Assembly (NCBI GenBank): GCA_000165345.1
Contig: CM000434.1
Location: 992,001-1,056,000 of the forward strand
Length of the DNA: 64,000 nucleotides
Reading direction: 5' to 3'
Under the pieces are notes generated by a model that searched no databases, was not told the origin of the DNA, and saw only the letters and a program-made list of their open reading frames with translations. Position 1 is the first letter of the stretch; every line of letters begins with the position of its first letter. Made by a program: the position numbers and the translations under genes. Positions 36,201-45,386 of the stretch are shown piece after piece.

Positions 36201-37656
36201 GGAGATTTTGGATTCTTTACAGACAAATAGTGACAAAACTAGACAAGATCTAGAACAAAATAAGGAGGTAGTAGAGAGAAAGGATGAAGAGATTGCAAAT
36301 TCAAAGATAGAAATAGGATCACTCAAAGATAGAATAACTTTATATGAGGGCCAAATTAGCTCTTTAGAGTCAAAGATTAAGTTAATGGAATCTGAGCATA
36401 AAAGAATCATCAGTGATTTAGAATATAAGATGGAGATTTCAAAGATTTCTATGGAGACTGAGACTAGTAGGATTTCAGAATCCTATGAATCACAGAAATC
36501 TGATCTCAATAACAAGATCTTGGTTTTAGAGCAGAAAATAGAGGTTGAGAAGAACAGAGTATTGTATTTGGAAAGACTCTTAGAGCAATCTGATAAGGAT
36601 TTGTCAGCTCTTAGAAAGCAGTTTTCTGCAGAAATTGAGGATAGACAACATGAGAGAGAATATTGTATGAAAGAGACAGAAAGGTACCGTGAAACACAGG
36701 TAAAACTTCAAAGTCAGCTTTCCATTCTAGAGCAGTCCAGATTAGCCTCTTTGAAGAATGTAGAAGATCTGAATAAGTATAAAACAAGAACTCAAGAGCT
36801 TGAGAAGGAGAATTCTGCTCTAAGACAGGAACTTAGTGAAAAGAATGAACGAATTTCCCAGCTAGAGGCAGCAAATCAACAACTAAAGTCCTCAAAACAG
36901 TTGGGATCGCAAAAACTCGACCATAGTTACTCAACCATAATGAGTAGATCTGATATTTCTACATGTGAAGATGTTATTTCTCTAAGCGGAAGCGGAACTC
37001 CAAACTACTACCATATTCACCCTTCACAAAAGTCTTCAGCAAATTCTTTAAGGTTAGCAGAATTAGAAAACCAATACTCTGAACTTGTCGATATCAATAA
37101 CCAATTAAGAGAAAATGTTGATATCTTAGAGGACGATAAAGCAACCTTGCAAAAAAGGATTCTTGAACTTTTTGTTGAAAGAAGAGCATTAATGGACGAA
37201 AATAAGTCTTTAAATGTTAGAGTTCGTCAGAAATCTACACAAGTTGATGCCCTTAAATCTACTCTAACAGAACTCAGGAATACCGCTGAAAACAGTCTAA
37301 ATGAGATCAGAAGTGAATGGGAAAGTTGTGTTCAAAGACTAGAAGCTACTCAATATGCTTTAATGGAATCCAGCAAAGAATTGGAAGTAGTTCGATCAGA
37401 AAGAGACGAGCTTCTAGCTTGTCTAGATGATGTACAACACTTCACTGAAGCTACGATGAAAAGAAGACAAAGATCTCTAACTTCTTGCATCACCGCCAAT
37501 GATCCTGATCATATAACCGCTGAATCTTCTGAAATTCCAAGCTATATTCCTTACGATAACAATATAGACTCCTCGAACAATCTTAATATCATGAATACTC
37601 ACTCTCCTATGGTTAATTCTTATAGAAGAAAACATAATAAAGGTACAGAGAATTAA
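33214..37656 (+). CDS. myosin heavy chain (unconventional myosin with IQ region and long coiled-coil tail)
   Basis: 1480 aa. Motor-domain P-loop GESGAGKTE, switch I NDNSSRFGK, switch II LDIYGFE, IQ-like basic repeats, then a ~500-aa coiled coil. Confidence 0.9.
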   Translation: MDLQLEKKEVLESRSLVWVKHPKLAWAPATILRREEQGFVARVEDGLEVKITSEHAEKHSVHKSSLSGIPNLLVLGDYCEGALLHNVRTRYYQDNIYTCIGNLILISINPYKVIPELYGRNLFNLYRNGLESVNSMNSSQKSDENKSDQYSGLPPHIFKMAQNAYDSLFKDKKSQSIIITGESGAGKTEATKIILCYLANIQKSTSSFDFTGGRPNSALSPSIYSCNASPISLVSPKTDDSSIENLVLRSNPILEAFGNAKTIRNDNSSRFGKFIEIYFDATGKLRGASISNYLLEKCRLTNQQEGERNYHIFYCLAAGVSKGIFPESISEELNIKFQEDFEIIRENIEIPGRDDCSEMKEVLECLKCIGLCESEIFEILRICAGILHLCNFDFIQESASDAPKVRDDQMDSFNSAYKLLKLDPNELLNVFQWKKLKDPETGRIIRMPVSLEAAFQTRDSMAKAIYSKLFDWLVFRINKSMTNGLMNNNIGGGTGQDILSKKNFSGRSIGLLDIYGFEVFDCNSFEQFCINFSNEKLQQQFNHQMFQEEQQVYEGEGIDWTRIDFIDNKVIIDSLEKKPNGIFPLLDSECLMPQGSDSSFLNKILKLSGDSNKTHNSNQIIYKPSKMSNSSFAVSHYAGPVIYDTRGFLEKNRDQLHSDVTDLLKLSESCLIIELFNSRQSNENLAKRSSISRSGTGIKLSEDQSSNANSNTINRPKGILVTVSGAFRDQLNGLIETLNSTSPSYIRCIKPNSRKAVHEFDSLDVLRQLRCAGMLESIRIRRSGYSVRRKFKDFYNRYKILYPSFESHDFTGAKNYSLICRKILEKFQSDLQEGLNEEERRKWDYSWQIGKTQVFVKDSLQTHLEHSVSEACHKYCTSISATWRMYKAKKEYKQIRKASFSIQSRWRSFQIRKSFLAILGSRIQAARVIQRRYRDHLKIKEQIKQKEIRNIPELNTVPKDIDHDQKVPKLLDRIENQDNDQNLSSNSVPTNVSRLWEILDSLQTNSDKTRQDLEQNKEVVERKDEEIANSKIEIGSLKDRITLYEGQISSLESKIKLMESEHKRIISDLEYKMEISKISMETETSRISESYESQKSDLNNKILVLEQKIEVEKNRVLYLERLLEQSDKDLSALRKQFSAEIEDRQHEREYCMKETERYRETQVKLQSQLSILEQSRLASLKNVEDLNKYKTRTQELEKENSALRQELSEKNERISQLEAANQQLKSSKQLGSQKLDHSYSTIMSRSDISTCEDVISLSGSGTPNYYHIHPSQKSSANSLRLAELENQYSELVDINNQLRENVDILEDDKATLQKRILELFVERRALMDENKSLNVRVRQKSTQVDALKSTLTELRNTAENSLNEIRSEWESCVQRLEATQYALMESSKELEVVRSERDELLACLDDVQHFTEATMKRRQRSLTSCITANDPDHITAESSEIPSYIPYDNNIDSSNNLNIMNTHSPMVNSYRRKHNKGTEN

Positions 37657-38178
37657 TGCTTTTTTTTTTCTTTATAATCTTTCAAGTTACCTATATGCAT
37701 GCATGCAAATTCCTAGACGAGACGAGACGAACGTGTGAAAATATATCCATGCTTTAAAATTGAAAATTTAACTTTCAGATTTGATAGCTCTTGGAGCTGT
37801 AATATTGAAATGGTGATGACAATATTAATTTTAGAAAATAAATAAGTTTTTTTGATACTTTGTTAGTGAATAAATTAGTAGGAACATTTAGCTTTGATAC
37901 CTTAATCTATTTATATATGTTTTTGAATACGCGCCTTGTTTGAATCTGTCTCATATATTCCTTTTAATTTAAGAAGAAATTAATCAAAAAAAAAAAGGAG
38001 AGGAAGAAAGAAAGAAAACTAATCCTAAATATGTTCAAAAAACAAAAGGGAAATGAATATCTAGTAAACTCAATATTAAAATTACTCCACAAAAATCCAT
38101 TCGCATCCCATTGTTTGCAGTCTCACTCTACTTCCATGCAAGTATTTTTTATGGGCCCGCCATTTTAATCCACCCAAT

Positions 38179-38230
38179 CCCCACACTTAGATAATCTAAA
38201 AAGGGTTTCTCTTTTTGGCGGCAAACCCGC
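38179..38230. promoter_or_regulatory. G-box-like ccccacact (38179) and E2F-like tttttggcggcaaacccgc (38212) upstream of Rpt1
   Basis: GC cores ~200-240 bp upstream of ATG 38424. Confidence 0.5.
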
Positions 38231-38423
38231 ACCCCCCCATAATAATTTCTTTATATCCCACAAAAATTAATTAAATTGGTTAAAAGCTGAAAGAGGGATA
38301 GAGGAGAGGAGGGCGGTAAAAGGGGAAAAAGAATTAAAGAGGAGAAAAAGAAATAATGCAAAGAAAGGTTTGAATCCCAAAGAAAAGAGTGAAAGGAAGA
38401 AATCAAAGGGGAAATAAGGAAAA

Positions 38424-39722
38424 ATGGCAGTAAAGCCACAGATTAAAACAGAAAAAGATGGAGGAAAAGAAGAGGAAGACCAGTCTCGTCCTCTTGATCA
38501 AGTTGATATAGATATAATGAGAAAGTATGGAATGGGGCCATATGTGTCAAAGATTAAACAGGTGGAAACCGAGGTCAAAGATTTAATGTCAGCTATTTCA
38601 AAGCTGAATAGTATAAGAGAGTCAGATACAGGTTTGGCTCCTCCATCTCAATGGGATCTGGCAGCTGATAGACAAAATATGCAAATGGAACAGCCCTTAC
38701 AGGTCGCAAGATGCACAAAAATTATAGATGCTGGTACAGAGGAAGCAAAATATATGATCAACATTAAACAAATGGCCAAGTATGTAGTTGGACTAGGAGA
38801 TAAAGTTGCTCCAACTGATATAGAAGAAGGAATGAGAGTAGGTGTTGATCGTACCAAGTATAAGATTCAGATACCTTTACCACCAAAAATAGACCCCTCA
38901 GTTGCAATGATGACTGTAGAAGATAAACCTGATGTTACTTATAATGACATTGGAGGAGCAAAAGAGCAGTTGGAACGTCTAAGAGAAGTTGTGGAAATGC
39001 CTTTATTACATCCTGAGAGATTCGTACAATTAGGTATTGACCCGCCAAAAGGAGTATTATTGTATGGCCCTCCTGGTACTGGAAAGACTCTAACAGCAAG
39101 AGCCGTAGCAAATAGAACAGATGCATGTTTCATATGTGTTATTGGCTCCGAGTTGGTACAGAAATATGTTGGAGAAGGAGCAAGAATGGTTAGAGAACTT
39201 TTTAAATTAGCTAGAAGTAAGAAAGCATGTATATTGTTTATAGATGAAGTAGATGCAATAGGAGGAGCAAGAGGTGATGAAAGTGCTCATGGAGATCATG
39301 AGGTTCAAAGAACTATGCTTGAAATTGTGAATCAACTCGATGGATTTGATGCAAGAGGTAATATCAAGGTCCTTATGGCAACTAACAGGCCAGATACTTT
39401 GGATCCTGCTCTTCTTAGACCAGGAAGATTAGATAGAAAAGTTGAGTTCGGACTTCCAGATTTGGAAGGAAGAACCCAGATTTTTAGAATCCACGCTAAA
39501 GTAATGAGTATGGAAAGAGATATCAGATTTGAGCTCCTTTCTAGACTTTGTCCAAACTGTACAGGTGCCGATATAAGATCAGTCTGTACTGAAGCTGGAA
39601 TGTTTGCAATTAGAGCAAGAAGGAAAAGTATCAGTGAAAAAGATCTTTTGGATGCCATTAACAAAGTTGTTAAAGGTTACAAGAAGTTCTCTGCAACAGC
39701 AAAGTATATGGTTTACAATTAA
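38424..39722 (+). CDS. RPT1: 26S proteasome regulatory ATPase subunit Rpt1 (PSMC2/S7 orthologue)
   Basis: 432 aa, near full-length collinear with human PSMC2 (…[16 protein letters not shown]…GPPGTGKTL…[11 protein letters not shown] identical C-terminus). Confidence 0.95.
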   Translation: MAVKPQIKTEKDGGKEEEDQSRPLDQVDIDIMRKYGMGPYVSKIKQVETEVKDLMSAISKLNSIRESDTGLAPPSQWDLAADRQNMQMEQPLQVARCTKIIDAGTEEAKYMINIKQMAKYVVGLGDKVAPTDIEEGMRVGVDRTKYKIQIPLPPKIDPSVAMMTVEDKPDVTYNDIGGAKEQLERLREVVEMPLLHPERFVQLGIDPPKGVLLYGPPGTGKTLTARAVANRTDACFICVIGSELVQKYVGEGARMVRELFKLARSKKACILFIDEVDAIGGARGDESAHGDHEVQRTMLEIVNQLDGFDARGNIKVLMATNRPDTLDPALLRPGRLDRKVEFGLPDLEGRTQIFRIHAKVMSMERDIRFELLSRLCPNCTGADIRSVCTEAGMFAIRARRKSISEKDLLDAINKVVKGYKKFSATAKYMVYN

Positions 39723-39811
39723 AAATTACAAGGATGATGCAAGTAAATATCAAAAGAAGAAAATAGCAATAATAATAATAAAACTTAAGTTAAATATAAG
39801 AATATACCATT

Positions 39812-40519
39812 CTAGTAGTCATTCATTGCATTGTATCCATAATACTCGTTTTTAAGATTTTGATACTCATACCAAGTATCCTCCTCAAAATCTTTTTCAG
39901 CTCTTAACTTTCTATATCTTTGAGCATATGCAATAAAAGCTACCAACAATAGAAATATACCTCCCAAAGCTATAGCAAATGAGACGCTTGGCTGTGGAAC
40001 TGGATAATATCCAACACTATTGATTATTCCAAATGCTTCGTTCATCAAGAATGCATATAGACATAATGTTAGTGAACATATCAAAAAAGCAGCGAAACTG
40101 AAGGCTGTGGATAATCTCAAGCTTGAAATGTTACTCCTTAAGGAGCAAATCATTGCTCCTGTTAACATTCCGCATGTTATTGCCAAAACTATAGCTGTAG
40201 CATATGAGATATTCTTTACGATTCTATATGCATCACACTTGTGCGAGTACCAAATACATAATGGGGATGAGCAAGTCAAACCAAGTGCAAGCTTTCCTGC
40301 TGTTATACATGCAATTTCCCAAACCTCATTGTGTGACTGTGTCCTTCTGCCTATTACTGTTAAGAGCCCCCAATAACGTGGGTAGGGATAAAACCCCTTC
40401 CCTGCTGCATTATATAGCCAAGAAGATAGAAATATACTCATCATTAAAAGTACCATAGATCCAACACTAGCTGATAGTGCTGCTATATTTAAATCGAACT
40501 TTCCCTTTTTTTTTGCCAT
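39812..40519 (-). CDS. four-transmembrane PMP22/claudin-like small membrane protein
   Basis: 235 aa. Four predicted TM helices. First extracellular loop contains WGLL…C. Acidic/Tyr-rich cytosolic tail. E2F-like gtttggcgggc at 40582 upstream. Confidence 0.55.
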   Translation of the reverse strand: MAKKKGKFDLNIAALSASVGSMVLLMMSIFLSSWLYNAAGKGFYPYPRYWGLLTVIGRRTQSHNEVWEIACITAGKLALGLTCSSPLCIWYSHKCDAYRIVKNISYATAIVLAITCGMLTGAMICSLRSNISSLRLSTAFSFAAFLICSLTLCLYAFLMNEAFGIINSVGYYPVPQPSVSFAIALGGIFLLLVAFIAYAQRYRKLRAEKDFEEDTWYEYQNLKNEYYGYNAMNDY

Positions 40520-40581
40520 CTCGAATTACACTCTTCTATTCTTCATTTTAACTTAGAAAATGCATGAGTTAATCAACTGGT

Positions 40582-40592
40582 GTTTGGCGGGC
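40582..40592. promoter_or_regulatory. E2F-like gtttggcgggc, 63 bp upstream of 4-TM protein gene (minus strand)
   Basis: GGCGGG core just 5' of start codon 40519(-). Confidence 0.5.
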
Positions 40593-41140
40593 TTTTCCCA
40601 AGAAAAGTAATATTGGCACACGGAAATAAATTAAATAATAATAATTTTTGTGTGGCCAAAGTAAAAGTTAAAAATGAATGTGTGAAATATCTATTTAGTA
40701 AAATAAAAGGATTTGGTTTTACATTAGTTTTGGTTTTTTTAGTATTTATTATGTACGGTAGCATTGGTAGTGTATTGTACAATCAATAATTATATATTAA
40801 TAGTAAATACCAAATTCCAGAAATGAGTTGATTTTACTCTGTTAAGTTTTCTGAGAGGCTTTTATTGAATAAATTTACTTCATTTAGTTTATTAAAGATT
40901 CTGAAGAAATATAACTTAGGGTCTTATATTTCGAATAATTTTAAATATTAGATGTTCTGAATGAGAATTTAAATATTAGTAGTGAAATAAAATAGTTTCT
41001 GAGTATGTCCAAAGCATTATTATATTGGATTTACTTGATTTTTGGGAAAAAATCAAATAATATTGAATAATTGGTGATCTTAAAATGCTCTCTATAAGAA
41101 GTACCAATAAAAAGAAATAGGAAATAAATGGAGTTAACAA

Positions 41141-42811
41141 TTAACCATCAAGAATTTTGAGGAAAAGCCCACGTAAAAATGACTCAGCTTCAGTGTCAAG
41201 AATTTGAATCAAAATATTAATGGTTTCTTGAATCAAATTTTTTGAAGAGAATTTTTCAATGATAAAATTGGTAATAGTATTCAAAGCATTTGGATCAGAT
41301 TCACCAATAATACGTTTCATTTCCAATTCAACATATTCTTTATAATTCTCAAATTGGACTGATTTTAATATATTTTTCCAATTTTCTGCAGAAAATACCT
41401 CTTCTTTGCTATTAACTAAATGATTAATATCTTTCATCAGATTAAGAGAAGAACTAGAAGACGAGTTGTTATTACTTCCATCAATATTATTAATATTTTC
41501 AAGACTTTCAATAGGATTTTCAAATTGATGTTTCTGAAATTTGGGTAAATTAATAGAAATCTTTTCCATATTAGTATTATTGAAAACACTGTTGTTTTGA
41601 GTTCCAGTATTTAGAGTATTATTTGCTTCTTTTTTAATGGATTTATTAGGACTAAGAATGTTTTCAAAGTATTTGTGAGGTTTATTGGGGCTAAATGAAA
41701 TAGATTCAGCCCTGGACTTTGAGTTAGCATCACTTTCATGATCATAAATTTCTGAATCAATATTATAATCAGAATGAGAATAATCCAGTTGCTTTGACTG
41801 AATCAATTCTTTATCAGATTGAATAATCTCAGAAATCATATCAAAAGTTTTCTTATTGGAGGATGATATGAACTTAAAATTATGATAAGATTCTTGCAAG
41901 ATATCAAGCAAATATCTAAATGTTAAATCATTAGAAATGTCCATCTTTTCTGGAAATAACTTAACAAGTTCATATAGTTCATCATCTAATTCTTGTAGCT
42001 TTTTCTCAAACTTTTTATTTTTTTCCTCAAATCTTTTCATTCTTAATTTCTCCTTTGGGTTTTGTGGGAACCCAATTAGTACTCCACTCTTGTGCATTTG
42101 TGAACTTATCCCTGAGTCATCTAAATTTGAATATGAAATTCTCTTGTTATTTCTTTCTTGATCATCATTGTTTGAACTTTTATTATCGCCATGCTCTGTA
42201 GATGTTTGTTCTTGTTCTGAATCCAATTCAAATGTCATCCCTGCCAATAAACGCTGAATTGATATTCTCAGTTTTGAATCTGAAGTTGAAAGTTCATTAA
42301 GTATCGTTTCAATTGTACAATCTCCCCCTCTATGCTTCAGTAACTCATTAATTCGATTACTTTGCCATTTTGCTATTTCTTTATCAATTCCATGCTGGTA
42401 CTTTACTAACAACTGTCCACCTGAAATCTTTATTCCATTCAAAGCACTAACTGCATTTATAACACCTTCTGGAGAATCAAACTCACATAAACCAAAAGAT
42501 GAAAGCTTCTTTGTTGTTGGATCCTCCTGACGGCTCCATCTCAAAATCGTACCGCATTCACTTAGTAACTTTCGAATGTGTGTATTTGTGACTTGAGCTG
42601 GAATCTTCCCAACATATACCGTTGTCATTCCTGGTGTTGCATTTGAGTCAATTCCAATTTCCTTTGACTTTGAATTAATATTTGACCATTTTGAATTCTG
42701 AAAAGCTATTGATTGACTCTTTATTACCCCCCTTCCTTGGTTTGATAACCCCAATCCATGATAACGAGTTTTTGTCGTTTCATCCTTCTTACTTGGATTC
42801 TGATTTGACAT
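41141..42811 (-). CDS. RRM-domain RNA-binding protein with C-terminal PWI-like domain (RBM25/Snu71-type splicing factor)
   Basis: 556 aa. RRM (TVYVGKIPAQVTNTHIRKLLSECGTI…FGLCEFDSPEGVINAVSALNG), central ER/K-rich region, C-terminal PWI-like helix bundle. Confidence 0.7.
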   Translation of the reverse strand: MSNQNPSKKDETTKTRYHGLGLSNQGRGVIKSQSIAFQNSKWSNINSKSKEIGIDSNATPGMTTVYVGKIPAQVTNTHIRKLLSECGTILRWSRQEDPTTKKLSSFGLCEFDSPEGVINAVSALNGIKISGGQLLVKYQHGIDKEIAKWQSNRINELLKHRGGDCTIETILNELSTSDSKLRISIQRLLAGMTFELDSEQEQTSTEHGDNKSSNNDDQERNNKRISYSNLDDSGISSQMHKSGVLIGFPQNPKEKLRMKRFEEKNKKFEKKLQELDDELYELVKLFPEKMDISNDLTFRYLLDILQESYHNFKFISSSNKKTFDMISEIIQSDKELIQSKQLDYSHSDYNIDSEIYDHESDANSKSRAESISFSPNKPHKYFENILSPNKSIKKEANNTLNTGTQNNSVFNNTNMEKISINLPKFQKHQFENPIESLENINNIDGSNNNSSSSSSLNLMKDINHLVNSKEEVFSAENWKNILKSVQFENYKEYVELEMKRIIGESDPNALNTITNFIIEKFSSKNLIQETINILIQILDTEAESFLRGLFLKILDG

Positions 42812-43077
42812 TTATTATTGCTCTTAGCTTCCTTATCAAAGAAAAATTAGTAACATCCAGTACAAGTATTACAACTATCTCAGTTTCTTTGTTAGTTTTC
42901 CTCTACTCAAAGTCCAATACCTCTTGATATTAATTTCCAAATAAAATTCTCTTTTTTGAATTTAGCTATTTTCAAAAAAAGGATTACCAAATTGTATCAA
43001 TTAGCTCAACTTATTCATTAAAAAATACTGCAAATATAATTTAACTAATTAATGTAAGCATATTGACATTTTTTTGT

Positions 43078-43530
43078 CGTGCCGCCAAATTTCCATTTGT
43101 ATTTTATTATTTTAAATTATATACACTCGTTGCTGCTAAGCTATTGATTCTTTGACAATAAAAAAAAGTTAAATTTTACAAGCAGTTCTCTGCTTTTGAT
43201 CATACAATCAAGCTTATTCCGCCTTGATATTTCTTTATTATCATTTCTTCTCTTTTTCTTTTTGTTTAATTCACGATTTTTTTTTTCTCTTTTATTATCT
43301 TCATTTAAAATGCCAACATAAATATTTTTATAAAATTTCAAAAATCTGCATTTCCACATTAATACGTAATTATTTCTGCATGCAAACACCGGCACGCTGA
43401 CAATTATTTAATGAAAAATTTTGTTTGTTTGCATGTAATGCCGGTATATTAATTAGGAAAAAAAAAATGTGCGCCTAATTCGAAAATTATTTTCTGTAAT
43501 TTATTATTAATCAGGTTCGATTCCCACACT
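43078..43530. promoter_or_regulatory. divergent promoter (RRM gene / PP2A B'' gene): cgtgccgccaaatttcc (43078), gcatgcaaacaccgg (43378), cccacacta (43522)
   Basis: E2F-like, AP2-like and G-box-like elements in 880-bp spacer. Confidence 0.5.
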
Positions 43531-43693
43531 ACCCATTTTTTTATTATTTTGAGTGGATGAGGGGCCACACAGTGAAATTTTGCCCTCTTTATTTTTTGCT
43601 TGTTTACATGTTAAATATTTGGGAGGGTAGGAGGCAAGAAAAAAAAACAATTAAAATAAAAATTGCCTCATTAATAACTTTAATGGAGTCAAT

Positions 43694-45184
43694 ATGAATC
43701 ATGTCACTGCTTTCTTGGAGCGAATGGATGACCTTTCAAGAAAGAATTACATAGAAAGAAATGGAAAGGGAAAATTATTCGATTTACTAAGGAAAACTGC
43801 TACCCAGATTTCTTTAAAAAATCAACTTTTTTATACAGAATATAAAACAGGGAAAACTTTAACTTTCTTTGAGGAACTTAATAGAAGCTTTCCCATTATC
43901 TGTTTGTTATTATTTGAAAGAAGAGTAAGGTCAAAATCAGACGGAATTGTAGTTAGATATAAAGAGTTTAGAAGATGTAGAGATCATTGCCCTGAAATTT
44001 TTAGTCAATTCTTAACCCCGTCTATGTATGCAAAGATGTTCAAAGATTGTTATGGGTTTATTTCTCCAACAAAGTTCATTAATACATGTCTAAAAATACT
44101 TTATACTTTCCAAATCAGATCAGAACTGGGATATATTAATCCCATGGAAGAAGTGATCACATACTACGATTTCTTATATTGGATAAAAAACTCTATTCGA
44201 GAGAATTCTGAGACAAAACTGGGCCTTGTAAGACAATTTTCTATAAATCATCCTAATTTTGAGAACTTTTATGCTAATTATGTAATAGAAAGAATAATTT
44301 TTTTTTCTGGTTCAAAGAATAGTATAATAAGAATTCAAGATCTAATTTCTTCCGATCAATTTGCAAGGTTCCTAGAATTAAGACTTGCTGATACTTCAGA
44401 ATCTGAAAATCCATTTAATCCTCAGCTAATTTTTCAAATATTTGAGTGGTTTGAGTACAGAACCAAATCAATTAATACAGAACAAAATGGTCAATTCACT
44501 AATGAAGATAGTGAAGACCAAAACCAGAATCTATCAGTTGGAAACTTTGAAGATAAGCTATTTTTACCAGAAATGCTTCAGCAATTACTTATGGACTTTG
44601 AATACATTATTCCAATCTTTGTAATTTATAGAATTTTTGAGGTTCATTCAGAAAATTGTAAGTCTATAACTGATTCTAATGGACAAACAAGAACTGCTAT
44701 AGGAATTAAGACAGTTTTTAAAGTATTGTTTTCATTAGAATTCAGAGAATCACCGCAATCAATCAATTGGTTTTGGAATATTTTAGATCTAAATGAGACA
44801 GGATATATTGACCAATCAGTAATTAGCTGTTTCTGGAAGAGTATGGTTGCAAGTATCGAACAAATCTATTCAATTGAATCTCTACCTCTTTTTGAACATA
44901 TAAGTGATGAGATTTTTGATATGATTTGTCCTGGAGAATTGAATGGTAAAATTTACAAGAAGGCTTTTAAAGATTCTCCTATGGCTTCAACAGTAATTTC
45001 CTATCTTTGTGACCCAAAAGCTTTCATTGCAATTGAAATGAGAGAGGAAATTATCGCTCAGAATGCTTCAAGAAATTTAGAAGACAACCAAACCAGTCTT
45101 GATCTCGAAAAACCTTCATATAACGACTCTGAGTCAAATTCAGATACAATAGATTGCTCTCAAGAATCTATCAGTGTTACTTAG
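43694..45184 (+). CDS. protein phosphatase 2A regulatory subunit B'' (PR72/PR130 family)-like, EF-hand region
   Basis: 496 aa. Block WFWNILDLNETGYIDQSVISCFWKSMV…FDMICPGELNGKIYKKAFKD matches the B'' EF-hand core (WFRCLDLDGDGVLS…EL..F…DM..P…G.I.L.DLK). Confidence 0.65.
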   Translation: MNHVTAFLERMDDLSRKNYIERNGKGKLFDLLRKTATQISLKNQLFYTEYKTGKTLTFFEELNRSFPIICLLLFERRVRSKSDGIVVRYKEFRRCRDHCPEIFSQFLTPSMYAKMFKDCYGFISPTKFINTCLKILYTFQIRSELGYINPMEEVITYYDFLYWIKNSIRENSETKLGLVRQFSINHPNFENFYANYVIERIIFFSGSKNSIIRIQDLISSDQFARFLELRLADTSESENPFNPQLIFQIFEWFEYRTKSINTEQNGQFTNEDSEDQNQNLSVGNFEDKLFLPEMLQQLLMDFEYIIPIFVIYRIFEVHSENCKSITDSNGQTRTAIGIKTVFKVLFSLEFRESPQSINWFWNILDLNETGYIDQSVISCFWKSMVASIEQIYSIESLPLFEHISDEIFDMICPGELNGKIYKKAFKDSPMASTVISYLCDPKAFIAIEMREEIIAQNASRNLEDNQTSLDLEKPSYNDSESNSDTIDCSQESISVT

Positions 45185-45386
45185 ATTTTTTTTTTTTTTT
45201 ACTTTATAATTAGCATAGAATTATTCATTAAACCGTTAATACTTGACTCTTTTTTTAGTGCTAAAATAAAAATGAATCAGATCATTTAAAAAAAAACATT
45301 TTAAATACTCATTTATCAATATACAAATACAAAAAAAAAACTTCAAATAATATTTATTTGATGCATATGAAAATCCTACTTAAACC

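Noticed and set aside
15608-36690. Recurrent GGTACCGG / GGTACC motifs inside several coding regions (15608, 16594, 21388, 27552, 34688, 35293, 36684)
   Set aside because: Explained by Gly-Thr-Gly / Gly-Thr codon usage (GGT ACC GGx) in coding sequence. No positional pattern suggesting a regulatory or mobile element.
37805-37900. C-box-like tggtgatgac suggestive of a C/D snoRNA in the myosin-Rpt1 spacer
   Set aside because: No D box (CTGA) or terminal stem at appropriate spacing. Likely chance in AT-rich DNA.
43513-43530. tRNA T-arm-like ggttcgattcc / Pol III B-box-like sequence
   Set aside because: No matching acceptor or D-arm sequence upstream (region is AT-only). The adjacent cccacacta is the recurrent G-box-like promoter motif instead.
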